Shown: positions 39,330 to 49,424 of the stretch, piece after piece
How the letters are laid out: every line of letters starts with the position of its first letter
Numbering within the stretch: position 1 is the first letter of the stretch
The notes under the pieces: generated by a model
What the model saw: only the letters and a program-made list of their open reading frames with translations
Told to the model about the DNA's origin: nothing
The model's database searches: none
Origin: Candidatus Bathyarchaeota archaeon
Lineage (GTDB): Archaea; Thermoproteota; Bathyarchaeia; Bathyarchaeales; Bathycorpusculaceae
Length of the DNA: 64,000 nucleotides
Reading direction: 5' to 3'
Assembly (NCBI GenBank): GCA_963833575.1
Contig: CAWHXY010000004.1
Coordinates: 416,001-480,000 of the forward strand
Program-made: the position numbers and the translations under genes

Positions 39330-40385
39330 TTGTATTGTCATAAATGTGGTGCTCAACTTTCAGACGACGCAGCGTTCTGTGTTAAATGTGGAACAAGTAC
39401 TGGATTGAATGCTCCTAATCCCACGGCGACTTCAGCTGGGCCAGTTGTTGCTCCTTCAGGAGTGGCATCGCTAAAGTGTCCTAGTTGCGGAGCACCAATC
39501 GCGCCTAAGTTTGGAGAGATGGTTATAACATGTGAGTATTGTGGCAATGGAGTCACTTTAGGAACCCAGGGTTGGACTAATATTCAGAAGCAAACAATGC
39601 TTACGTTGAAGGTTGCCACCGTCTACCAGGCAAATTCGATAATTACGCCGCTTATGGACCGAGGACTTTTGCATAGACATCTGCATGAGGACTCTACGCA
39701 GGAAGAAATGAGCCTAACATATGTGCCTTACTGGATTGTCAGCGTTTCTGCCCGCACAAGCATCACCGCAGCGGATGAAACCGCGCAAATTGCACAAACT
39801 GCTTCAACCGCAGCTTTGATGGGTGTAATATTCGGCGGAATGAGTGGCGGTTTCGGGGGAGGACGGGGAGGAGGACGCCGTCGTGCTTTCGAGAGGCAAT
39901 TTGCAACAGGCAATCCATTTAGCGGTATTCTTGGGTTGAAACGGATAAGAATTATGGCTTGGGGAATGGGGATGGGTTACGGCGGCGGAATGAGAAAAAC
40001 CGAGCAAATGGACATGAACTATAACTTTCCAGTGATTGCATTAAAGGCGCTTACTGATTATCAACCGCGTGAGTACCAGTTTAATCTTGACGGCAGAGAG
40101 CTGTTTGACATTTCCAAGCTACCAAAAGGCGTTAAAATACTTAATGGCGACATAAGCGAAGAGGTTGCGAAATCGCAAGCAAAAACTCTGGTTGATCAGC
40201 TTCAATCACAAAAAGCGCATGGGAAATATCATATGATCCAGTCGATACACACTGATTCTGATGTCGGGGATGTGGAGTTGTTGCACGCGCCAATATGGTT
40301 CGCAAAGTTTGACCATAAGGGGAACAAGATTGTGCTGGTTATTGATGCCAATTCTGGTAGCGTAATCAACAGCGTCGGTCTCTAA
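39330..40385 (+). CDS. Multi-zinc-ribbon protein with a Gly-rich insert
   Basis: CHKC..CVKC and CPSC..CEYC ribbons, YVPYW, IDANSG; probable TTG start at 39330. Confidence 0.75.
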   Translation: MYCHKCGAQLSDDAAFCVKCGTSTGLNAPNPTATSAGPVVAPSGVASLKCPSCGAPIAPKFGEMVITCEYCGNGVTLGTQGWTNIQKQTMLTLKVATVYQANSIITPLMDRGLLHRHLHEDSTQEEMSLTYVPYWIVSVSARTSITAADETAQIAQTASTAALMGVIFGGMSGGFGGGRGGGRRRAFERQFATGNPFSGILGLKRIRIMAWGMGMGYGGGMRKTEQMDMNYNFPVIALKALTDYQPREYQFNLDGRELFDISKLPKGVKILNGDISEEVAKSQAKTLVDQLQSQKAHGKYHMIQSIHTDSDVGDVELLHAPIWFAKFDHKGNKIVLVIDANSGSVINSVGL

Positions 40386-40439
40386 CATAACCTTATTTTT
40401 TGCTTTAGACTCAGTGAGATCATTTCCCATAGGAAAATG

Positions 40440-40496
40440 TTAGGTGCACCTAAATATTTATTAGGTTAGCCTAAATATTTTTTTAGGCATGCCTAA
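40440..40496 (+). promoter_or_regulatory. Three tandem DtxR/IdeR-type operator boxes (TTAGG-N4-CCTAA)
   Basis: ttaggtgcacctaa 40440-40453, ttaggttagcctaa 40461-40474, ttaggcatgcctaa 40483-40496 (spans the ATG). Confidence 0.85.
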
Positions 40497-41229
40497 ATTA
40501 GAAGTAATATCAAGCAAAAGCATGCAAGATTACCTAAGGGCAATAGCAGCCCTATCCAACAATGGCGACCCAGTAAACACAACCGAAATTTCACGATACT
40601 TCAACATTTCACCAGCAAGTGTAACTGAAATGCTCAAAAAAATGTCTCAAAAAGGCTACCTCAGCTACTCAGCATATCACGGCACGTTTCTCACCTTAAA
40701 AGGACAAGCTGAAGCACAGAAAATAACTCGAAAACATAGACTGCTCGAAAGGTTCCTTTCAGACGTGCTACATATTGGAAAAGATCAAGTCCACGCTCAA
40801 GCCTGCGAAATGGAACATACTCTTTCCGATGAAGCCGAAGAATCACTGTGCCGATTACTGAAGCACCCTGACACCTGTCCCGATGATGGCAAAATAATTC
40901 CGGCCTGCGATCTGCCATTCTCAACATGCGAGGAATGCATCGTTTTACACAAGAAAGGTTTAGAAGAAGTGGGGAAACGTCATGAGAATCTTCAGTCAAT
41001 TTGCAGCCTTAAGTCAGGAGTGAATGCAAAAGTTTCCTTTATCAGAGGGGAACATAGAACCCTTCAAAGACTCCTTGACATGGGATTAACTCCTGGAACC
41101 CAAATAAAAATTGAGAGAGTCGCTCCGTTGAAAGGACCTATCGAAGTTTGCGTCCGGGGTTCAAAGGTTGCACTTGGGCAAGACATTGCAGCTAACGTGT
41201 TTGTCGAGTCAACGGCAAAGAAGGCCTAA
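40489..41229 (+). CDS. DtxR/MntR-family metal-dependent repressor with a C-terminal FeoA domain
   Basis: QDYL, SVTEMLKK, RKHRLLERFL, ACEMEH; RLLDMGLTPG FeoA motif. Confidence 0.93.
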   Translation: MPKLEVISSKSMQDYLRAIAALSNNGDPVNTTEISRYFNISPASVTEMLKKMSQKGYLSYSAYHGTFLTLKGQAEAQKITRKHRLLERFLSDVLHIGKDQVHAQACEMEHTLSDEAEESLCRLLKHPDTCPDDGKIIPACDLPFSTCEECIVLHKKGLEEVGKRHENLQSICSLKSGVNAKVSFIRGEHRTLQRLLDMGLTPGTQIKIERVAPLKGPIEVCVRGSKVALGQDIAANVFVESTAKKA

Positions 41230-41232
41230 AAC

Positions 41233-43215
41233 GTGTCCTGCCACTCGGACTCATCCTCCATTTCTGAGAACCAAAAAAACGGTGGCACTGGCAAAACCTT
41301 AACCATAGCCTTAGCCGGCAACGCTAACGTTGGGAAAAGCGTACTTTTTAACCAACTTACTGGATCAAGCCAAATAATCGGCAACTGGCCAGGCAAAACC
41401 GTTGAAAAGGCCGAAGGCACCCTTACCTTTGAAGGACAAAAAATAACAGTAATCGATTTGCCCGGTATCTATTCTTTTTCAACTTTTGGTATGGAAGAAC
41501 TTGTTTCAAGAGATTATATTGCAACTGAGAACCCTGATGTTGTAGTAAACGTGGTTGACGCAGCTGTTTTGGAGCGGAACCTATTCTTCACGATGCAACT
41601 TATTGAAATGGATGCTCCGCTTGTTGTCTGTCTGAATCAATTGGATGAAGCAAAGAAAAAGGGCATAACCATAAACCGCAAAAAACTTGAACAACTGTTA
41701 GGCGTACCCGTAGTTACTGCAGTAGCTATACGAGGCGAAGGAATATACGAACTAACAAAAACTGCAGTCAATGTCGCCCGAGACTGCCAAAATCACAAGG
41801 CACATTATCTCAGATACGGCGATGAGATTGAGCAGCGAATAAGCAAACTAGAACAAACCATTCAAAATGCCAACCTGAACCTGAAGTACCCATCCCGCTG
41901 GGTTGCCATCAAACTGCTTGAAAACGATCCCGAAACGAAAAAGTTAGTTGCATCTTCCGAAACTATCAACAAAACTTCCGAAGTTTTAGCCGCAGAAATC
42001 TCGGCAATCCACCATGAACCCTCGTTTGCAGTCATTGCTTCAGAACGCTATGGTTTGGCAAGCAAAATTGCAGCTGAGGTTCAACACCAAGCTGAGGTAC
42101 GAACTTCAATTTCTGACAGAGTAGAGTGGATAACAACCCACAGAGTTTTCGGCTACATTACATCAGCTGCGGTAATTGCAGGCTTGTTGATTTGGACTTT
42201 TAGCATTGGCAACTTGCTTTCAGGCTTATTCTCGAAGGGACTATCGTTTTTTTCACCTGTTAACCCCTCTTTAAGCGGGTCAATTCAGGGCATACTCTGG
42301 AATGGAGTGTGGGGTGGAGTAGTTGCAAGTTTGACGCTGATTATTCCCTTCGTTGTGCCCTTCTACCTTATGCTCGCCATGATTGAAGATTCAGGAATCC
42401 TTACTCGGGTTGCATTCATGATGGACAGCGCCATGCACAAAATCGGTTTGCATGGCAAAGCATTGATCCCACTAATTTTGGGCTACGGATGTAATGTACC
42501 CGCCATTCGCGCTTGTAGGATAATGGAAACTAAGCGTGAGCGGTTGTTGGCAACATTTGCCATCACATTTGCTCCATGTGCTGCCAGAACCATCGTAATT
42601 CTGGGGTTAGTCGCGGTTTTCCTTGGTCCATGGTGGGCGTTATCTCTGTATGTCATTAACATAGCGCTTATCTTCATTCTGGGAAGAGTAGCATTGAAAG
42701 TTGTTCCTGGTCAATCCACTGGGTTGATTATGGAGATGAAATCCTTCAAAGTACCATCAATAAAAGTTGTTGGTAGACAAACGTGGGCGCGAACCAAGTC
42801 ACTAATCTACATCGTTGTGCCGCTTTACATTGCTGGAAGCGTTGCAGTGCAAGGCTTGTACGCAGTGGGTGTGCTACAGCAAATAAGCAGTGCGTTATCG
42901 CCCATCACGGTGTTTTGGCTCGGGCTTCCCGCCATAGCAGGGGTACTTCTTATCCTTGGTTTCGTCCGCAAAGAAATGGTGCTGCTGGCGGCGGTTGCAA
43001 TCTTTAGCACAACCAACCTAGCTCTATTCTTCAATTCTGCTCAATTGCTGACCCTTGCTTTGGTAAACATGATTTACATTCCATGCTTATCCACAGTTGC
43101 CATAATAGCAAAAGATTACGGTTGGAAAACCACTGCGGTCATAGTACTTGCGAACTTTGCAGTTGCCCTCTTGGTAGGAGGAATTGCTTTCCGTCTCTTT
43201 TCGCTTGTTACTTAA
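41233..43215 (+). CDS. feoB: Ferrous iron transporter B
   Basis: GNANVGKS, GNWPGKTVE, DLPG, LGYGCNVPA, YIPC. Confidence 0.95.
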   Translation: MSCHSDSSSISENQKNGGTGKTLTIALAGNANVGKSVLFNQLTGSSQIIGNWPGKTVEKAEGTLTFEGQKITVIDLPGIYSFSTFGMEELVSRDYIATENPDVVVNVVDAAVLERNLFFTMQLIEMDAPLVVCLNQLDEAKKKGITINRKKLEQLLGVPVVTAVAIRGEGIYELTKTAVNVARDCQNHKAHYLRYGDEIEQRISKLEQTIQNANLNLKYPSRWVAIKLLENDPETKKLVASSETINKTSEVLAAEISAIHHEPSFAVIASERYGLASKIAAEVQHQAEVRTSISDRVEWITTHRVFGYITSAAVIAGLLIWTFSIGNLLSGLFSKGLSFFSPVNPSLSGSIQGILWNGVWGGVVASLTLIIPFVVPFYLMLAMIEDSGILTRVAFMMDSAMHKIGLHGKALIPLILGYGCNVPAIRACRIMETKRERLLATFAITFAPCAARTIVILGLVAVFLGPWWALSLYVINIALIFILGRVALKVVPGQSTGLIMEMKSFKVPSIKVVGRQTWARTKSLIYIVVPLYIAGSVAVQGLYAVGVLQQISSALSPITVFWLGLPAIAGVLLILGFVRKEMVLLAAVAIFSTTNLALFFNSAQLLTLALVNMIYIPCLSTVAIIAKDYGWKTTAVIVLANFAVALLVGGIAFRLFSLVT

Positions 43216-43223
43216 ACAATCTA

Positions 43224-43787
43224 TTATCTTTTGGTAAACAAGAAAATGCCATAAAACTTGTAGGGGGTCATTTCTTGGAGTTTGAAATTGGATGCCTCGA
43301 CTTCAGCCTTTATCACTTCTGGGTTTTGCTTTGGCGCAAAAGCAAAAATGCCGCTCCTTATAACTTCCACTATCGCTAGCTTACCTTGGGGTTTTAAGAT
43401 CCTACCGAACTCTTTCAAAACCGCTTCAGAATCGCCTACCTCATGGTAAACTGTTACGAGAAGTATAATGTCAAGTGAAGCGTCTTCAAGCTTAATGTTT
43501 TTGCCATTGCTTTGCAAAAACTGGATATTTTGAACTTTTGCTTTCTCAGCCTTTTTCTGGACTTTTTTCAGCATGTCTGGTGAAATATCAGCCGCTACCA
43601 CATGTTTTGCCCTTTTTGCGAGTTCAATTGTGAAATAGCCTGGTCCGCACCCAAAATCCATAGCGATGTCGGTGGGGTTTATACCAAGTTTTTCTATAAG
43701 TTCAGAGGGCGGTTGAAACAACTTTCTTATTGGGTTATCTAAGAAGATGGCGCCGGATGCTGAATAGGCTTCTCCTTTGTGTGACAT
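43224..43787 (-). CDS. Class I SAM-dependent methyltransferase
   Basis: DFGCGPG, RILKPQG; start moved to the ATG at 43787. Confidence 0.88.
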   Translation of the reverse strand: MSHKGEAYSASGAIFLDNPIRKLFQPPSELIEKLGINPTDIAMDFGCGPGYFTIELAKRAKHVVAADISPDMLKKVQKKAEKAKVQNIQFLQSNGKNIKLEDASLDIILLVTVYHEVGDSEAVLKEFGRILKPQGKLAIVEVIRSGIFAFAPKQNPEVIKAEVEASNFKLQEMTPYKFYGIFLFTKR

Positions 43788-44008
43788 GATTTCGATTCTC
43801 CAAAGAGGAATTTTCTGAGCTATCTTCTGTTTGGTTAGGGATATATTCTTTAAAAATTTGAAGAGGTATAAATTTTGTGGGCATCGCAGTATTTTTGAAA
43901 TAAGCCTAAAATGATTCCTTTGATAGTTTCGAGTTATTTCTGGGTAGCAAGTCTTCTCGTTAAACAAAAAATTCCATTATACTCTTTAAGCGGGGTTCAA
44001 AGAAAAGG

Positions 44009-44347
44009 TTAGGTTGATTCCTCTGAGACGTCTTTTTCTTCTTTCCCAGATCCTTTCTTATTTAGTTGAATGTTAAGTTGATGGTTTTTTCGTTCCAAAA
44101 CTACTTCTTGTTCCTCTATGTTGTCTGCAATTACTTCGCCGTTGTATTTCATGCGGCTGTTGTAGCCGAGTTCTTTTAGTTCGTTCATTAGAGTTTCGCG
44201 GAGTTTTCTTAGTTGTTCGCTTGTGGTCTGTGCATCTCTCTTGAAGCAGAAAGTCATGGTTTTTTTTGCAGGGTCATAGGTTGCGCGGGTGCCTTTGCCT
44301 ATTTTTTCTACGTGGCCCCATACTACTTTGTCAGTGGTTTCTCTCAT
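44009..44347 (-). CDS. Hypothetical protein
   Basis: 112-aa ORF with GGTGA SD, immediately after aIF2-alpha. Confidence 0.7.
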   Translation of the reverse strand: MRETTDKVVWGHVEKIGKGTRATYDPAKKTMTFCFKRDAQTTSEQLRKLRETLMNELKELGYNSRMKYNGEVIADNIEEQEVVLERKNHQLNIQLNKKGSGKEEKDVSEEST

Positions 44348-44355
44348 TTTTTCAC

Positions 44356-45147
44356 CTATTGCTTCTCTCTTTTGAAGGAGCCATTTCCGCCTGCCTTAGT
44401 GATGTTTGTAACTACGCTTTGACTCACTTCATCTAGAAGCTCTTCTGCACGTTTCCAGTTATCAGCTGAAACTTCCACGCTGTATCTGGGAGCAGCTATA
44501 ACACAAAATTCGATTTTAGCGTCTTTAGCTTTTTGTGCTTTCTTTGCACTGAGAAAGGCATCTTGGATACATTTTACGCCATTGGGTTTCATGCAACGAA
44601 TTTCCAGTGTGCCTCTAACTTTTACCAGTTTTATGTGAATGCGTTCTTCTGCTACTTGCAAGAAAGTTTTGGCGATATCTTCTGGGATATCGAGTTTGGT
44701 TAAAGCTTCCGTGCCTTCTTTGAGTACTTTTTCAAATCCCTCGTATAAACCGACTTTTTCTTCAAGAATCATGCCTGCTTTTTGGTAGACTTCATGAATA
44801 GGTAAGCCCAATTTTTCTGCCACCGCACGCAAGAGAACCTCGCCTTTGCGGTCCTTTTTCCAAGCTTTAATTTTTTCGATTCTTTCGCGTTTTGTGACTC
44901 GTCTTAAAGATAAATCAATGTGGCCTTTTTCAAGGTTAACATGAACTACTTTTAGGACCATTTTTTGTTTTTCTCTAACAAAGTCGCGGACGTTTCTTAT
45001 TCTGGCGCTTGAGATTTCGGAAATATGAAGAAAGCCTCGTTTATTGTATTCATCTAGGTTTGCATAAGCTCCGTAATCCATAACGCTCTCGATCGAAGCG
45101 ATTACGAGGTCGCCAGATTCAGGCCACTCGGGTTTATGTTCAGACAT
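44356..45147 (-). CDS. eif2a: Translation initiation factor 2 alpha subunit
   Basis: PESGDLV, S1 domain (GFLHISEIS), HIDLSLRRV, AAPRY. Confidence 0.95.
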   Translation of the reverse strand: MSEHKPEWPESGDLVIASIESVMDYGAYANLDEYNKRGFLHISEISSARIRNVRDFVREKQKMVLKVVHVNLEKGHIDLSLRRVTKRERIEKIKAWKKDRKGEVLLRAVAEKLGLPIHEVYQKAGMILEEKVGLYEGFEKVLKEGTEALTKLDIPEDIAKTFLQVAEERIHIKLVKVRGTLEIRCMKPNGVKCIQDAFLSAKKAQKAKDAKIEFCVIAAPRYSVEVSADNWKRAEELLDEVSQSVVTNITKAGGNGSFKREKQ

Positions 45148-45193
45148 AGTTTACATCTGCTCTAATTGAGGGAAAAGAATAGGGGAGAAGGTT

Positions 45194-45496
45194 TTATTCT
45201 TTTTTGTCTGATTTTACAATATATACTTCTTTATTGCGTACTCTGAGTGCTGTGTTGAATTTTCTGTCAGGTTTTTTGTTGTATGACTTAACTCTAAATG
45301 AAAATGGTGCGTACAGCGACCTAACTGTTTTGCCTTCAACTTCAATTTTAAACATCTTCTCGGGACTTTCAATGATTTGTTTGAAAATTGCGTCATATTC
45401 GGGTATTTTGGCGATTTTTCTTCCTTCTGGTATTTCTTTTACAGGAGTCGCTTTTGCCACTATTTTCCTGTTCTTAACTTTTTCTAGTTTAGACAT
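45194..45496 (-). CDS. Basic hypothetical protein
   Basis: 100-aa Lys-rich ORF co-oriented with aIF2-alpha. Confidence 0.65.
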   Translation of the reverse strand: MSKLEKVKNRKIVAKATPVKEIPEGRKIAKIPEYDAIFKQIIESPEKMFKIEVEGKTVRSLYAPFSFRVKSYNKKPDRKFNTALRVRNKEVYIVKSDKKE

Positions 45497-45806
45497 ATGT
45501 GTATTTCACACCATACATATAGTAATACTGCCTATTTAACACTATTATTTATCAGGCATAAATAATAATAGTTAAGTTAAAATAATAGTAAATAATATAG
45601 CTTATGAATAAAACCTAGCCACTAACTATAATAATCATTTACTTCCTCGATATTCTTTAACACCAAGCTGAATCTTAAAACAAAAAAGCTTGTTTGTTCT
45701 CTTTTTATTCAATAAAATAGCCAATTATTCGCCTTAAATTTTCAAACAGAAGAGGAATGTTTTTTAGAAGACAAAGCCTTTTTGATTGCTTGGTTAAGGT
45801 GAATAT

Positions 45807-45929
45807 ATGAGCGTAATGAAAAGAAAAAAGAAGAACACACAGCTTGAACAGCAAAAGAAAGTCCAGCGAGAAAAAGAAGCAAAAAAGAAGCAGTTGAGAT
45901 CGCAACTTCCGCCTAAAGGAAAAAAATAG
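45807..45929 (+). CDS. Small, highly basic 40-aa protein
   Basis: AGGTGA SD then MSVMKRKKKNTQLEQQKKVQREKEAKKKQLRSQLPPKGKK*. Confidence 0.55.
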   Translation: MSVMKRKKKNTQLEQQKKVQREKEAKKKQLRSQLPPKGKK

Positions 45930-46205
45930 TTGCCCTAAAGTTGAAGAGCCCTTAATTCTGTTATTTTCTTAGAGCTTTTGCTCATCTTTATGTTTTCAAC
46001 ATAGAAGAGATGTCAGATCTTCTGGAAAGAATTAATCGTTAATTTTTTTTGTTGACTGATTGAAACTGAAAATTTGATTCCGCCATCAATCTGAAAAATC
46101 TCGTGCAATCAGTCGTTGGTCTCTTGATGACGACAAAAACGGATTCTATTTGAGTCAAACTTAAATTATACATACTCCTACCGAATATAGCAAACGGTAG
46201 TATTC

Positions 46206-47375
46206 ATGAGGCGGATTCCAACACAGTTCCTTACTCCAGTGTGCAGAAACCCCGAACTTGTAAAGAGTTTCAGCAGGGGAGCATATAGACAGTTTGTTAA
46301 GTCAAGAATGGATTATCGACATGAAGATGGAAGCAGCTCTGCCTTGTGGTTGCTGAGCTTGAGAATTACTCACCGTTGCAATCACAGATGTGCGATTTGC
46401 GCGCAATGGGGGCAAGCCGGATACAATGCCCGGGAAGATACTCCAAAAGTTACGGGAGAAGTTCCAGTAGAAGTTTACAAAAAAGTAATAGATGAAGTTG
46501 CACCAAAAAAAGTTCACGTTTACATAACAGGCGGAGAACCATTTCTCTACGAACCACTGGTTCCCCTTGTTAACTACATGAAACAAAAAGGCCTAACAGT
46601 TCAAATAGTGACAAATGGATCTTGCCTAGAAAAAAATGCTGAAACCATAGTTGAAAACGGTTGGGATATGATTTGCGTCTCGTTCGATGGCCCCCGAGAA
46701 ATTCATGATAAATGCCGAGGAGTTTCAGGCGCGTTAGATGCTACAATTAGAGGGATATCGGCCATCCAAAAACTAAAGAAACAGAAAAAAAAGAATAAAC
46801 CTGCCATTTTTGTCCTCACAACAATCTCCAAGAACAACGAGAATTCATTGCTCGATACAGTGAAAGAAGCAGAAAAGCTAGGCCCTGACGGCATGACAGT
46901 TTACTACTCATGGTTTACAAGAGAATGGATAGGCCAAAAACACACAAAGATAGCAGAAGAAAAGTTAGGCATAACACCATTCGCATGGAAAGGCTATGTA
47001 CGTGATACCACAAAAATGGATGTAGCCAAAATCGCTGAACAGGTGCAAAAAATAAAATCTAGAAAATCTGGCATGCCTGTTCTTTTTGTACCTGACCTCA
47101 AACCAGAGCAAATCGGCACATATTATATGGAACCCGAAAACTTCTTCGGATACAAACATTGTGTTTCACCATGGTTCCAATTGGATGTAATGCCAAACGG
47201 AGACACTGTAACATGCAGAGATTTTCCAGACTTCGTAACAGGAAACATCAAGGAATCAAGCATCCTCGAAATATACAATAATGAAAAACACCGCAAATTC
47301 AGGCGAGCCCTAAAAAGCTGCGATGACGGTGTCTTTCCAATATGCTCTCGATGCTGCGGCTTAATGGGATATTAA
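46206..47375 (+). CDS. Radical SAM/SPASM-domain protein
   Basis: CNHRCAIC, TGGEP, SFDG; C-terminal CVSPW...C...CSRCC. Confidence 0.92.
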   Translation: MRRIPTQFLTPVCRNPELVKSFSRGAYRQFVKSRMDYRHEDGSSSALWLLSLRITHRCNHRCAICAQWGQAGYNAREDTPKVTGEVPVEVYKKVIDEVAPKKVHVYITGGEPFLYEPLVPLVNYMKQKGLTVQIVTNGSCLEKNAETIVENGWDMICVSFDGPREIHDKCRGVSGALDATIRGISAIQKLKKQKKKNKPAIFVLTTISKNNENSLLDTVKEAEKLGPDGMTVYYSWFTREWIGQKHTKIAEEKLGITPFAWKGYVRDTTKMDVAKIAEQVQKIKSRKSGMPVLFVPDLKPEQIGTYYMEPENFFGYKHCVSPWFQLDVMPNGDTVTCRDFPDFVTGNIKESSILEIYNNEKHRKFRRALKSCDDGVFPICSRCCGLMGY

Positions 47376-47506
47376 AAATGCTTTGCCAATGAGGAGAACA
47401 AATTTGAAAAACCTATTACAGATTCAACCAAAAACAAAACCAACATCAAACTCCGAAATCACTATATTCAACCAAGACAAAAGCCATCGACTAATAGGTT
47501 GACTAT

Positions 47507-48253
47507 ATGTTCCTCGTTGACGTGGCAATTCTTACAATGAACAGTGGACGAATGCTAAGGGAATGCATCAATTCCGTTTATAGAAATATTCCAGTTAAAA
47601 ACCTGATTGTCATTGACGGCTTCTCCACTGACAATACTGTGGACATAGTGAAGGAGTTCCAAGAAAAATATGGAAATGTTATCTTTGTTCAGGAAAAAGG
47701 CACCAGAGGCACTGCTAGACAGAAAGCAATTCAGCTGGTAAAAAGTGACTGGTTTGTGTTTGTGGACAGCGACGTTCTCCTGTCGAAAAACTGGTTTGCT
47801 GAAGCTGAAAAACTGGTAAAAGATAACGTTGGTGCAATTTGGGGAATAGAAATTTGGTCTGTATTGATAAAAAGCAAAAAATTGCTTTGGCTGTTTGAAA
47901 GGGTTACAATGAAAATATTCGAAAAAAGAGGCGGAACCCACGACACATTGATTCGACGAAGCACAGTTGAGGACATCAAAATACCCTATAAACTGCACAC
48001 CTACGAGGACGGATACATTAAAGATTGGATAGAAAAAAAAGGCTACAAAGTGATAGGAGTTTATGAACCATACTGCATTCATTTTCGACCAGACGAAGTG
48101 TGGACAACCCGAAAACACATTGAATTCATGGTAAGCGACCTAAAATACGCAGTTCACCGACCTAAACTAATACTCTCTTACGCTTTCTATGCAGCCATAG
48201 TCATATTCCAAATCGTGCTAAGCAAATTCAATCATACAAACGGAAAAAAGTAA
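47507..48253 (+). CDS. GT2 glycosyltransferase
   Basis: IDGFSTDNT, FVDSD. Confidence 0.9.
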   Translation: MFLVDVAILTMNSGRMLRECINSVYRNIPVKNLIVIDGFSTDNTVDIVKEFQEKYGNVIFVQEKGTRGTARQKAIQLVKSDWFVFVDSDVLLSKNWFAEAEKLVKDNVGAIWGIEIWSVLIKSKKLLWLFERVTMKIFEKRGGTHDTLIRRSTVEDIKIPYKLHTYEDGYIKDWIEKKGYKVIGVYEPYCIHFRPDEVWTTRKHIEFMVSDLKYAVHRPKLILSYAFYAAIVIFQIVLSKFNHTNGKK

Positions 48254-48816
48254 CACCGTGGCCACATGAAATTTTCAATAATCACTTCTAATAAAGAAAT
48301 TTGAACCTTTTTCCTCTTTGAAAGCTAAACAGATATTAAGCAAACACTTGACTTTTTTCGTCAAGAGATAATCCTTACAAGAAGGGGTATGATGGACTTT
48401 ATTCGGTTTTTGAATAATGTAGCTTTAGAATTGCCTCTTTTTGTTTTAAGGATATTGGTTTATTCAAAATCTTCCCTCATTACAATGATATTTCTTTCTT
48501 TATACGGATTAACTCAAGGTGTTGCGCGAGTACCAAGAAACAGAATAAGTGCAGTGAAAAGTCTACTTCATTACAGCGTTGACGTGCTCCAACGTGGTTT
48601 GGGCACATCAATTCAAACAGTTAACGTTTGACTGGCTTCACCTTCTTAGCTAGCGCCCTCAAATTAAACCCAGTTTCATAACATATGTTTAAGCTTAGTG
48701 GCAGAAATTAAGCGTCGAACTTCTTTCAGGATCCAACTAAATATTCTTAGGCTCGCAATTGCGATTGGTATGGCCATTCAGAAGGTTTATAAATAATTAA
48801 TAATTTGCTTAGGAGC

Positions 48817-48951
48817 ATGGTTCAAAGGCATAGCGGCGGGAAACCGAAAGCTCCTTCACAACGCTACTTTAAGAAAAACCTCACAAATTCCGGGTACACC
48901 GATGATTTAGCGAACAAAGTTTGGGAATGGTACAATCCGCCTGAACAATAA
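48817..48951 (+). CDS. Small 44-aa protein
   Basis: TTTATAAA TATA and AGGAG SD; MVQRHSGGKPKAPSQRYFKKNLTNSGYTDDLANKVWEWYNPPEQ*. Confidence 0.6.
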   Translation: MVQRHSGGKPKAPSQRYFKKNLTNSGYTDDLANKVWEWYNPPEQ

Positions 48952-49424
48952 GATGCCCGCTTGGATCGTGCTAACAAAAGTGGTATTTTTCTAAAAAGAA
49001 CGAGAATACTTCCAGGTAGCACTCGGTGCAGTTCTTCTGTGAAGGAAGATGGACAATCAGGCACAGCACCGTGTCCTATTTCTTCTAAGCTTGAGAAAGA
49101 AGAAGCTTAAGGGATGCACACTTCTTCTTTTACTACCTGCTTGGAGTTGCCTAATTAGCTCCCGAATACTTTAGAAAACACAAACTTTAGCAGAACTGTC
49201 ACCCTTTTAGGCCCTCCGTACTGTTTATTTTCATATGCTGCAAGTGTGGGATCGAACCTTCTATCCCGTGGAAACATTTCCCGCATGACCCTTTTTTAAA
49301 GTTAAGTTTTTCATGCTATCCGTTTGATTTTTGGTTTTTTTTCTTGTTTTCCCATGCTGTTTGGTCTGTGATTGTGGAAACCCGTATAAGCGGCTTATGA
49401 CACGCGTCATATTTAGGTATTAAG

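Noticed and set aside
40440-40496. Three 21-22-bp periodic repeats as a mini-CRISPR
   Set aside because: No unique spacers and no cas genes; explained as operator boxes.
45530-45720. Very AT-rich low-complexity stretch as a replication origin
   Set aside because: No ORB motifs and no cdc6/orc1 gene nearby.
48389-48631. 80-aa ORF in the track
   Set aside because: No recognisable motif and atypical composition; cannot be supported.
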